DNA of 64,000 nt from Candidatus Obscuribacteraceae bacterium. GTDB lineage: Bacteria; Cyanobacteriota; Vampirovibrionia; Obscuribacterales; Obscuribacteraceae. Below the pieces are notes generated by a model, which saw only the letters and a list, made by a program, of their open reading frames with translations, searched no databases and was not told the origin of the DNA. The translations under genes were made by a program, and so were the position numbers. This document shows, one piece after another, positions 51,388 to 59,807 of this stretch. Each line of letters begins with the position of its first letter. Position 1 is the first letter of the stretch. The stretch covers positions 320,001 through 384,000 of the forward strand of contig JBGAHS010000004.1 of NCBI GenBank assembly GCA_044226015.1, written 5' to 3'.

Positions 51388-51931
51388 TGATTGAGAAAAC
51401 TTCTACGCCCTCGGGCATCTTCTTGCGACCATCGAGGAAGCCGAGTTCAACCACGAAGCCAATGCAGGTTACATCTGCTCCTACTTTATTCAAAAGCTTG
51501 TATGCCGCCTGTGCTGTTCCACCGGTGGCTAGCAAATCATCTATCAAAATGACGCTGTCGCCCTTCGAAACGCAGTCTTCGTGCACTTCCAATGTGTCGG
51601 TGCCGTACTCTAATTGGTAAGATTCGCTCACCACTCGTGCCGGCAACTTGCCTGGCTTGCGCACCGGAATGAAGCCAACATTGAGTTTGTGGGCGATGGC
51701 TGGTCCAAGGATGAACCCACGGGCTTCAATACCCGCAATATATTGCGGTTTCATCGTCGAAAAATAATCAGCAAAAACATCGATGACATAACCGAACGCG
51801 TCTTTGTCACGAAGCAATGTGGTCAGGTCTTTGAATACGATTCCTGGCTTCGGGAAATCTGGAATGTCCCGAATTTTGCTCTTTAGCCAATTAGCCTTTT
51901 CTGAACTGACCGGATGTAGGGCTTCTGTCAT
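51377..51931 (-). CDS. apt: adenine phosphoribosyltransferase
   Basis: IPDFPKPGI, EARGF, RKPGKLP, LEYG, DDLLATGGT; likely start ATG 51931 (MTEALH), overlapping the recJ end by 41 bp. Confidence 0.95.
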   Translation of the reverse strand: MTEALHPVSSEKANWLKSKIRDIPDFPKPGIVFKDLTTLLRDKDAFGYVIDVFADYFSTMKPQYIAGIEARGFILGPAIAHKLNVGFIPVRKPGKLPARVVSESYQLEYGTDTLEVHEDCVSKGDSVILIDDLLATGGTAQAAYKLLNKVGADVTCIGFVVELGFLDGRKKMPEGVEVFSIIDF

Positions 51932-54900
51932 TGTAGTTTGCCTTTGGATAGATGTCGTGTTGCGGACCTTCTTGATTTGCCCCGGCACTTTCGGTGGAAA
52001 TGCGAATCGCATTTGGGACAAGCTCAGATTGTATCTCGTCAAGGGGCGCTTCGGCGCACCAGTTTCTAAATTCCGTAATCTCTTGCAGCGTATTTGCAAG
52101 CTGACGGTACTCAAGAAGGTTTTCCCAGCCGCCACCGGGTGCCCCAGAAATATCGAGGAAAATGACGGAATCTTCTGCGTACCAGTCAATAACGTCTGCT
52201 TTCTTCAGGAGCGTGAGCCCGAGTGCCAGGGACATCTTCGAAGTTGCCAGTCCGGCGCACAATTTATCTGACTGGGCCTGACCATCTCTCTGATTTACTG
52301 CAAAGCGGACCATAGCCAGCAATCGTTTTAAGAAGGAAGAGGCGTTGTACTGCTCGGCAGCGCCAGCCCCGCACAAATAAATGTTTGAAGCCTGGCTTTT
52401 GCCAATGATATTGCGGAATGCTTGCAGAGTTGGTGGGTACTGCCATACGACTAGATGCGGCGCCGAACTCAGCATGGTTCTATCTACCAGGCTGTGTCCT
52501 TCCAGTTTGCACGCCTCGGCGTAAATCTGTACTTGCGAGCCTAATTTTCTTGCTGCTGTTTCAGCAACAGTGGCTGGTGAAGTATGTTGTCTGAGGTCTT
52601 TCCAGCTGACCTGAATATTTACAGGTTGAGGTGTAATTACTGGGAAACTGTCTCTGACTACACCTGTATCTACTAGGGGTTCTGATTTGGCGGCTTTTTG
52701 CTTCAAGTAACTCTTTGGATAGAGTTCTTGTTCACTGATGCCTCCGCTCATAATTCCAGCTGAGAAATCATCGTCGTAAGTGAGAGAGTCGTCGAGAATG
52801 CTCTCTAGCTCGTTGACGCTTTCTGCCGTTATTCGCGTTCTTTCCGGACGCATGTCAATGCTAGAGCCGTCATTCAATTGTGTATCAGTAGAAACTAGTT
52901 GATCAACCACCACCGTTGAAGCCGTGTCGCCGTCATAATTGGTTTCAAGGTGAATGACTCGTTCAGTTGTTTTTCCGTCTGCATCAAGTTCATCTTCAAT
53001 TTCGCTCTGTGAAACTGAGTTTCCTGACCCAGGCGATTTCGTTTTTTCTGCTGGTGATGCTGCAACTACCGGTAATTCAAATGTACTTCCAGACTTTCTG
53101 CTGATGAAATCAGGCAATGTTGCTGTGCCGCCTTGAGAATTTTCTTGGGCTGACGCAGCAATCTCTCTGGTTGATGCTTCTTGTGATGCAGTTGACGCAT
53201 TCGATGTTGTTGAAGGACTGCTTAAAGCGTTTGTTTTGCTTGCAGCTGCGGGAGTACTGTTTGCTGCTTCTGCCACCAAGGGCGGTGTGAAGTCCAGTAT
53301 CTCTGGTTCTTCTTCTTCGACAAGTTCGCCACTTCGGCGCCAATCACATAATACGAGTTGAAGCCGCTCTGTCTTGTTGAACACGTTTACATCGGGGTTG
53401 AAAGCAAGATCGATTTCTTCTCCGTCAGCCGGAATTTCTCCACTGCGCCAGTAAACACACTCAAATTGAGTGGCATGATCTGCAGAGCGAAGCACAAGCC
53501 GATGATGTTTACCTTCCTTGCCCAACGGTCTTGTATTCAAAACTGTAAGAGACTGCATTGCCAGCACTGGCTTCTTATTCCACATGCCGAATGGTCCCAA
53601 TTTTCGAAGCGTTTTAGCCAGGGATAAATCAACGTCTTCTGTTTCCACATGCAAATCTATGTCGAGAACCGGACGCTTGCTTTGACCATTAAGTGCTCTG
53701 GTGCAAGTGTCAACCAGGGCACGGCACAATGCATCTGCATTTGTGGCTTCTGCGCTGAAGCCAGCTGCCATCTGGTGCCCACCCCATTTTGTCATGAGAT
53801 GTTCGTTGGCTTTGAGAATTTGATAAAGGTCGATTCCCGGAACTCCACGCGCGGAGCCCTTTAACTTTCCTTCTTCTTTTTCTAGCTCTGCAACGAAGAC
53901 AGGGCAGTGATATTTTTCGACAAGTCGTGATGCGACTATGCCAACAACTCCATGATGCCAACCTTCGGAATAAAGAGCGAGAGCCGCATCTTTTCCGTTT
54001 GCGAGTGCCTGTTTTGCCTTTTGATCGGCTTCAAAGAAAATCTGCTCACACAGTTCTTGCCTTCTAGCATTTTCATGTTCGAGCTGTTGAGCCAGCTCTT
54101 GAGCTTTTTGTTCGTCTTCAACAGTCATCAGCTCAACAGCCAAACCGGCATCTGCCAAACGCCCGACTGCGTTGATTCGTGGCGCCAGTCCGAATCCGAC
54201 GATGTCTGTACCATCGGTTTTCACTGTGTTCTCAAGCAATGCCTGGATGCCGGCGCGCTCAGATTTCACCAGAGCAGGAAGACCTATCTGAACAAGATAG
54301 CGATTTTCTTTTATGAGCGGAACCATATCTGCAATCATTCCCATCGTTAGAAAATCAAGGAGTTTTGGAATCTCCTCTTCCATTTGATTATCTACAAACA
54401 GTGCCTCTGCTAGCTTGTAGGCTACTCCGACACCGGGAAGATGGAATAGGGGATGGTCTTCCTCGAACTGTTTTGGGTGCAATATTGCAACGGCTGGAGG
54501 CAGCAAGTCTGGCATCGAATGGTGATCTGCGATGATCGTTTCTACGCCCAGTGATTTAGCGAGATTGATTTCGGCAAAGTTGGAAATTCCGCAATCGCAA
54601 GTGATGATGAGTTTTGTTCTATGCTTGCTTGCCAGAATGCTTACGGCTTTCAGATTGAGCCCATATCCCTCATTTGCTCTGTTAGGAATATAGAAATCAA
54701 CGTTTGCACCGAGTTTTCTCAGGGCTGTTAGCATGACGGATGTTGCTGTAACTCCATCTACGTCGTAGTCACCATATACGGTGATTTTTTCTTTTGTTGA
54801 AATTGCCTGTGTGATTCTGACGATTGCTTTGCCCATGTCAGCAAATGCCATCGGGCTTGTCGGCGTGTATTTTGATGGGTCAAGAAACGCCCCAGCGGTC

Positions 54901-55031
54901 TCCTCTGTGATGCCGCGTTGTAGCATGAGCTGAGCCAGGACCTCTGAGCCCTCAACTAGCTTTAAGAGCCCTTCTGAAGCTTGCAAAATCTCGGGAAACT
55001 TCCAGATTTTTTTCTTGACAGCGTTTGCCAT
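51891..55031 (-). CDS. recJ: single-stranded-DNA exonuclease RecJ with long insertion and C-terminal extension
   Basis: GDYDVDG, DCG, DHH, PRINAVGRL, GSAR, GGH.MAAG, LGPFG; recJ-apt gene order. Confidence 0.95.
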   Translation of the reverse strand: MANAVKKKIWKFPEILQASEGLLKLVEGSEVLAQLMLQRGITEETAGAFLDPSKYTPTSPMAFADMGKAIVRITQAISTKEKITVYGDYDVDGVTATSVMLTALRKLGANVDFYIPNRANEGYGLNLKAVSILASKHRTKLIITCDCGISNFAEINLAKSLGVETIIADHHSMPDLLPPAVAILHPKQFEEDHPLFHLPGVGVAYKLAEALFVDNQMEEEIPKLLDFLTMGMIADMVPLIKENRYLVQIGLPALVKSERAGIQALLENTVKTDGTDIVGFGLAPRINAVGRLADAGLAVELMTVEDEQKAQELAQQLEHENARRQELCEQIFFEADQKAKQALANGKDAALALYSEGWHHGVVGIVASRLVEKYHCPVFVAELEKEEGKLKGSARGVPGIDLYQILKANEHLMTKWGGHQMAAGFSAEATNADALCRALVDTCTRALNGQSKRPVLDIDLHVETEDVDLSLAKTLRKLGPFGMWNKKPVLAMQSLTVLNTRPLGKEGKHHRLVLRSADHATQFECVYWRSGEIPADGEEIDLAFNPDVNVFNKTERLQLVLCDWRRSGELVEEEEPEILDFTPPLVAEAANSTPAAASKTNALSSPSTTSNASTASQEASTREIAASAQENSQGGTATLPDFISRKSGSTFELPVVAASPAEKTKSPGSGNSVSQSEIEDELDADGKTTERVIHLETNYDGDTASTVVVDQLVSTDTQLNDGSSIDMRPERTRITAESVNELESILDDSLTYDDDFSAGIMSGGISEQELYPKSYLKQKAAKSEPLVDTGVVRDSFPVITPQPVNIQVSWKDLRQHTSPATVAETAARKLGSQVQIYAEACKLEGHSLVDRTMLSSAPHLVVWQYPPTLQAFRNIIGKSQASNIYLCGAGAAEQYNASSFLKRLLAMVRFAVNQRDGQAQSDKLCAGLATSKMSLALGLTLLKKADVIDWYAEDSVIFLDISGAPGGGWENLLEYRQLANTLQEITEFRNWCAEAPLDEIQSELVPNAIRISTESAGANQEGPQHDIYPKANYNDRSPTSGQFRKG

Positions 55032-55706
55032 TTTTTACACCCAATCCTGATTTTCGTGACCCAGCAGATCTGATGTATATAAAAATCGCCAATGCTGCAT
55101 ATAGAATCGCGCCACCAGTCGTGATACCGTCGACAAATTAGAACCACAGTTATTCTGCAGCTAGAATACTCGTTTTTCGTATCAAGCTCAACAAAATGAG
55201 AGCTTGCAAAGGCTTACGATTCGGCGTTCTTCGGAGGTCAAACGACATGTGCTTTGCTTATAAAAAGGCGAGTTTTTATTTCGAGTAGATCCCTTACAGA
55301 TATAGAGACGTTTGAATCAAGCCAAGAGTTCAAAAGAAAGTTCAGGATCTATTCTTTTAATCTAAACAAAGTTTCCTTCAGAAATATATGCGATGCCGCC
55401 TCTTAGAGATCTTCTCGGAGTGCCATCGCATTTAAATTTGACCACTGGGTGCCAGTTTTAGCGGTCATCAGAATTTCTGGGACACTCCGAGCAGTAGCCT
55501 GTACTCTGAGCCACCGACAGAGATTGAACTCTGGGCTCAAGCTTTTGGCGTGTCCGTTATGTCACGAGTTTACTTTGTGCAACTCTAGCGAACCTAAAAA
55601 TCAGGGATTTGAGGCTTTTCAAGAGAGCCGGGATTCCCGTTTTTGTCGCAGTTCCACGATTTGGAGTAAAATGGGCTTTCCATATATAGATTCAGAGGAG
55701 AGCACC

Positions 55707-57419
55707 GTGAGTTCGTCTGCGCCTGCACCTACAAAGTCTTCCGATTTCATTAGAGACATCATCAACGATGACCTTGAAGCAAAGCGTCATTCGAAGGTAA
55801 TTACGCGCTTTCCGCCAGAGCCTAATGGCTTTTTGCACATCGGTCACGCTAAGTCGATTTGCCTCAATTTCGGGCTTGCACTTGAATATCGTGAGAAGAT
55901 GCCTGACAGCGGAACACGTTGCCATTTACGCTTTGATGACACCGACCCGGTAAAAGAAGACACTTTGTTCGAGGAAGGCATCAAAGAAGACGTGCGCTGG
56001 TTGGGGTTCAACTGGGACGGGTTCTATCATGCCAGTGATTATTTTGAAAAGATGTTTGAATACGCGCAACATCTCATCAAGGAAGGCAAAGCTTATGTTT
56101 GCAGCTTGAAGGATGAAGAGATCAAAGCTTATCGAGGAAACGTCACAACTCCTGGTAAGCCGAGTCCCTATCGTGATCGCAGTGTCGAAGAAAATCTTGA
56201 CCTGTTTAATCGCATGCGTGCAGGTGAATTCAAAGATGGCGAGCATGTGCTTCGCGCGAAAATTGATATGGTCAATGCAAATATGAAGATGCGAGATCCG
56301 CTTCTTTACCGCATTCGGCACACCAAACACCACATGACGGGTGACAAATGGTGTATTTACCCGATGTACGATTATGCTCATCCTATCTCTGATGCAATCG
56401 AGGGAATCACGCACAGTATCTGCACTCTAGAGTTCGAGAATAATCGCGAGCTTTATGATTGGATGATTGATAATTTGATCGATTACGCAAAGTTTCCGAG
56501 CCGACCTCATCAATATGAATTTGCGAAACTCTCATTGAACTGGACAGTTATGAGCAAGCGCCGCTTGCTGGAACTTGTTGAAGGGAAGCACGTGAGTGGT
56601 TGGGACGACCCACGATTGCCTACCATCGCGGGAATGCGTCGCCGCGGTTTCACTCCGGAAGGCATTCGCAATTTCTGTGCAAGTGTCGGTGTAGCCAAGG
56701 CAAACAGCGTTGTCGATATGGCTCAGCTCGAATTCTTTATTCGTGATGACTTAAACCACAAGGCACCACGTGTGATGGCAGTTCTAAAGCCTCTTAAGAT
56801 GGTCATAGAAAACTATCCTGATACAGACGAGGAGTTAGATGCCTCGTACTGGCCGCACGATGTTCCAAAAGAGGGAACACGAAAAGTGCCATTCAGTAAG
56901 GAAATCTACATTGAACAAGACGATTTCATGCTCGACCCACCGAAGGATTATTACCGACTTGGACCTGGTAAGGAAGTTCGTTTGCGATACGCATATTGCG
57001 TGACCTGCACTGATGTGATTAAGGATGCAGATGGCAATGTGACTGAGATTCGTTGTACCTATGACCCGAAGACGCTTGGTGCAAATCCGGAAGGACGCAA
57101 GGTCAAAGGCACGATTCACTGGGTTAGTGCGAAGCATGCTATCAATGCTGAACTGCGCTTGTACGATCGAATTTTGGCAGTTGAGTCGCCACCGACAGGC
57201 AAAGACACAGAGTTTCTCAATGCAATAAATCCAAATGCTCTTCAGACCTTGAAAAATTGCAAGCTCGAACCAAGTTTGGCTTCGGTAAAGCCCGGCGAGC
57301 ATTTTCAATTTGAACGCCAAGGATATTTTGTTGCTGATATAAAGGATTGCAAACCTGAGTCTCTGGTCTTCAATCGAGTTGTTACTCTCAAAGACAGCTA
57401 CAATAAAGCGAAGAAGTAG
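55707..57419 (+). CDS. glnS: glutamine--tRNA ligase
   Basis: [58 protein letters not shown] before GTG 55707. Confidence 0.95.
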   Translation: MSSSAPAPTKSSDFIRDIINDDLEAKRHSKVITRFPPEPNGFLHIGHAKSICLNFGLALEYREKMPDSGTRCHLRFDDTDPVKEDTLFEEGIKEDVRWLGFNWDGFYHASDYFEKMFEYAQHLIKEGKAYVCSLKDEEIKAYRGNVTTPGKPSPYRDRSVEENLDLFNRMRAGEFKDGEHVLRAKIDMVNANMKMRDPLLYRIRHTKHHMTGDKWCIYPMYDYAHPISDAIEGITHSICTLEFENNRELYDWMIDNLIDYAKFPSRPHQYEFAKLSLNWTVMSKRRLLELVEGKHVSGWDDPRLPTIAGMRRRGFTPEGIRNFCASVGVAKANSVVDMAQLEFFIRDDLNHKAPRVMAVLKPLKMVIENYPDTDEELDASYWPHDVPKEGTRKVPFSKEIYIEQDDFMLDPPKDYYRLGPGKEVRLRYAYCVTCTDVIKDADGNVTEIRCTYDPKTLGANPEGRKVKGTIHWVSAKHAINAELRLYDRILAVESPPTGKDTEFLNAINPNALQTLKNCKLEPSLASVKPGEHFQFERQGYFVADIKDCKPESLVFNRVVTLKDSYNKAKK

Positions 57420-57448
57420 TTTGAACGACCTTCACCATGGCCTATGAG

Positions 57449-58672
57449 CTAGTGGGAAATCGTCGAGAGGCTGTCTGAAACTTCAATTGCTTCAGCACTC
57501 AGGTATGTGCCTGGTCTGCGCTTGCTGTGTACTGGCTCGAGAGAATAGCTTGTTTCAGCTATGTAATCTGATGGTTCCTGGTGATAGAGTGCAAGTAGTG
57601 TGTTTACATCGCGTTCATTCAGTTTGGCTTCGTGGTCAGAACAGCCCTTCTCCGAGCAGCTGGTTTCGTGCATCAAATCTGGTTTGCTGCTGCTATGTCC
57701 GATGATGCCGAGGCAGTGTCCGATTTGATGAAGTGCAGATAGCTGTACGCGATTTGCTTGTTCAGCTGCGGACAAGTTTGCAGCCGGGGCTGCGATCTGC
57801 ATTGATGCGTGCGTGATGCAAGCTGCTCCTAAAGTGAGGCGGCTTCCGCCATTTTGTCCTTTGCTCTTCGCCGAAGAATCGAGTGCGATGGAGTTGGAAT
57901 TGCGTTCGTCGCTTTCGGCGCCGGCATTGCTGCTCAGGGCGCAGTCGATGTCAGCCATGCGAGGGTCATTGACGAAAACAAAGCTGACAAAACCTTTCGA
58001 GCTTTGTTGCCATTGCCAGAAGGCGCGACCCAGTTGTTCTTTGACGCCAGGTTGGGCAGCAGATTCATCAATAAAGACTCGTAGCGGCATTGCGGAAGAC
58101 TGCCAGCGTGACTTATCTTTGTCAGCGGTCTGTGATAAATAATTGGTGCCTGGTTCAAACCTTTGTTTGGCCAGAAAAGATTTCTTGTGGTGTTCAGCTT
58201 CTTCGACCTGGCAGCTCACCTGTTCACGGAAGCAGCCTCGCGGAAATGCCTTGAGATAGTCTTGACCCGAAGAGATCGCTTCGAAAGGCTTGTAAGCTCG
58301 GAAGTAGATTGAAGTTAAAGTGGCGCGTGCCTCTTCGTCGTTTCTGTTCAAGCGAATTGCTGCCTGGCAGTACTTGATTGCGTCATCCCATTTGCCGATA
58401 TCCATCAAGTTTTGCGCGATAACCATGAGTGGCTTGCTCCAGTTGGGGCAAAGCTTCGCGGCTTCGGTCGCGTGCTCGATAGCGCCATTCTTGTTACCTG
58501 ACTTGGTCATTTTCTGCGCAATCGCCATCTGTTTCATCGCTTGTTCGGCGGTGGGAGAGATTGCAGCGCTCGATGAGTTGGCGTCCATGTCTTGTGCCAT
58601 GACAGCACAGTTCAGCGAAGCCAAAAGAAGAGCGGAATTCAGTATTCGGGCGAATACGCGGTTTGAAAACAT
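57449..58672 (-). CDS. secreted TPR + matrixin (M10)-like domain protein with catalytic Glu replaced
   Basis: Signal peptide, TPRs, RW...MPLRVFI, HQIGHCLGIIGHS, Met-turn DLM, LNERDVNTL. Confidence 0.85.
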   Translation of the reverse strand: MFSNRVFARILNSALLLASLNCAVMAQDMDANSSSAAISPTAEQAMKQMAIAQKMTKSGNKNGAIEHATEAAKLCPNWSKPLMVIAQNLMDIGKWDDAIKYCQAAIRLNRNDEEARATLTSIYFRAYKPFEAISSGQDYLKAFPRGCFREQVSCQVEEAEHHKKSFLAKQRFEPGTNYLSQTADKDKSRWQSSAMPLRVFIDESAAQPGVKEQLGRAFWQWQQSSKGFVSFVFVNDPRMADIDCALSSNAGAESDERNSNSIALDSSAKSKGQNGGSRLTLGAACITHASMQIAAPAANLSAAEQANRVQLSALHQIGHCLGIIGHSSSKPDLMHETSCSEKGCSDHEAKLNERDVNTLLALYHQEPSDYIAETSYSLEPVHSKRRPGTYLSAEAIEVSDSLSTISH

Positions 58673-59036
58673 AACGACTGATCCTCTGCACGGAAAAAAG
58701 AATCTGCGTTCGAACTATTTAGTAAGTTCATTCATAATATGCCCAACTCCGTAACAAATTCGTGAAATTTTCAGGTCAAACCCAAGATCTTTTATGAAAT
58801 TTCCTTATCAGTCCTCGTTTTACGCGTTTTCGCGTATACCGATTTGTGGATTTTGTCAGGCTGGGAAAGCATTTCAAAATAGTGGACTCATCTAAATCTG
58901 AGGGGCGGCAAATTGGCATTTTGGGGTTGAAAAAGGCGCCGGATTATTCATTTCGATTTGTGCTCTTGAGGCGAAGCCAAGGGTTTTAGAACATGCGAAG
59001 TCGTGGAAAACTGGTGTTAACTATTGGGGGAATACC

Positions 59037-59651
59037 ATGTCTGCATTGATCAAGAAATCCGCTGTAATCCTTCTATCGCTGGCGTTTTCAGCTATTCCGG
59101 CTTTCGCCGATTCAGATGCGGCTGATAAACTCGACCAGCAAGTGAAGTCTGATGCAGCCGCGCTGAGCGACGAGCAGAAGCAGCTAGCTGATTACCAGGC
59201 ACAAGCCAAATGGTACGAAGATTTCGCTCAAAAGCGCCTTCAACACGCTGATGTTGAGCGAAAAGAAGTTGAATCGCGATTAAAGGTTGTTGAGGCAAAA
59301 TTGGCTCAGCACCCAGATAAAAACCCGAAAAGTCCAGCTAATGTTGAACTTGCAGCACTTAAGGGCTGGTTGGCAGACGAAGCCTCTAAGCGAAACCAGA
59401 TAGAGTCAACCAGAGCTAAATGGAAAGCGGCAGTTGAAGCTGAGCAAGCCAAAATTTCGCAAACAAAATACCAGAAAGATGTTGATACTGCTTCTTTGAA
59501 CTACCAGAAAGAGCAGGATAAGGAAAAGGATACAAGAGCCGCAGAGAATCCAAAGCCTGCGCCGCCAGAGGTGAAGCAGAACACGATTTTGCTGCCTGGA
59601 TACGAAACAGAGCAGGGTACAGTGCCGTCGCTTTTGGGTCCCCAACGCTAG
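59037..59651 (+). CDS. secreted coiled-coil protein
   Basis: Signal peptide ending AFA; heptad-rich charged sequence. Confidence 0.8.
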   Translation: MSALIKKSAVILLSLAFSAIPAFADSDAADKLDQQVKSDAAALSDEQKQLADYQAQAKWYEDFAQKRLQHADVERKEVESRLKVVEAKLAQHPDKNPKSPANVELAALKGWLADEASKRNQIESTRAKWKAAVEAEQAKISQTKYQKDVDTASLNYQKEQDKEKDTRAAENPKPAPPEVKQNTILLPGYETEQGTVPSLLGPQR

Positions 59652-59674
59652 TTATATCTGTTGTATAGCTTTTG

Positions 59675-59703
59675 GAAAACTCCGGTCACAAGCCGGAGTT
59701 TTC
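59675..59703 (+). terminator. intrinsic terminator
   Basis: GAAAACTCCGG / CCGGAGTTTTC stem starting 24 bp after the stop. Confidence 0.75.
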
Positions 59704-59807
59704 GCTTATGTCCATATAACGTCGAGATGAAGGATAGATCGTAAGATCTTTATAGAACTCGCTAGATGCTGGTTCTTATTAGGTCTACCCGACTCTGAGA
59801 GATACGA

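Noticed and set aside
51932..52189. Long N-terminal extension of Apt overlapping recJ
   Set aside because: This is an alternate-frame ORF inside recJ; Apt similarity begins after ATG 51931
55032..55706. T-box leader, and a 5' extension of glnS from 55449
   Set aside because: No T-box antiterminator consensus seen; the extension does not resemble GlnRS and a strong RBS precedes GTG 55707
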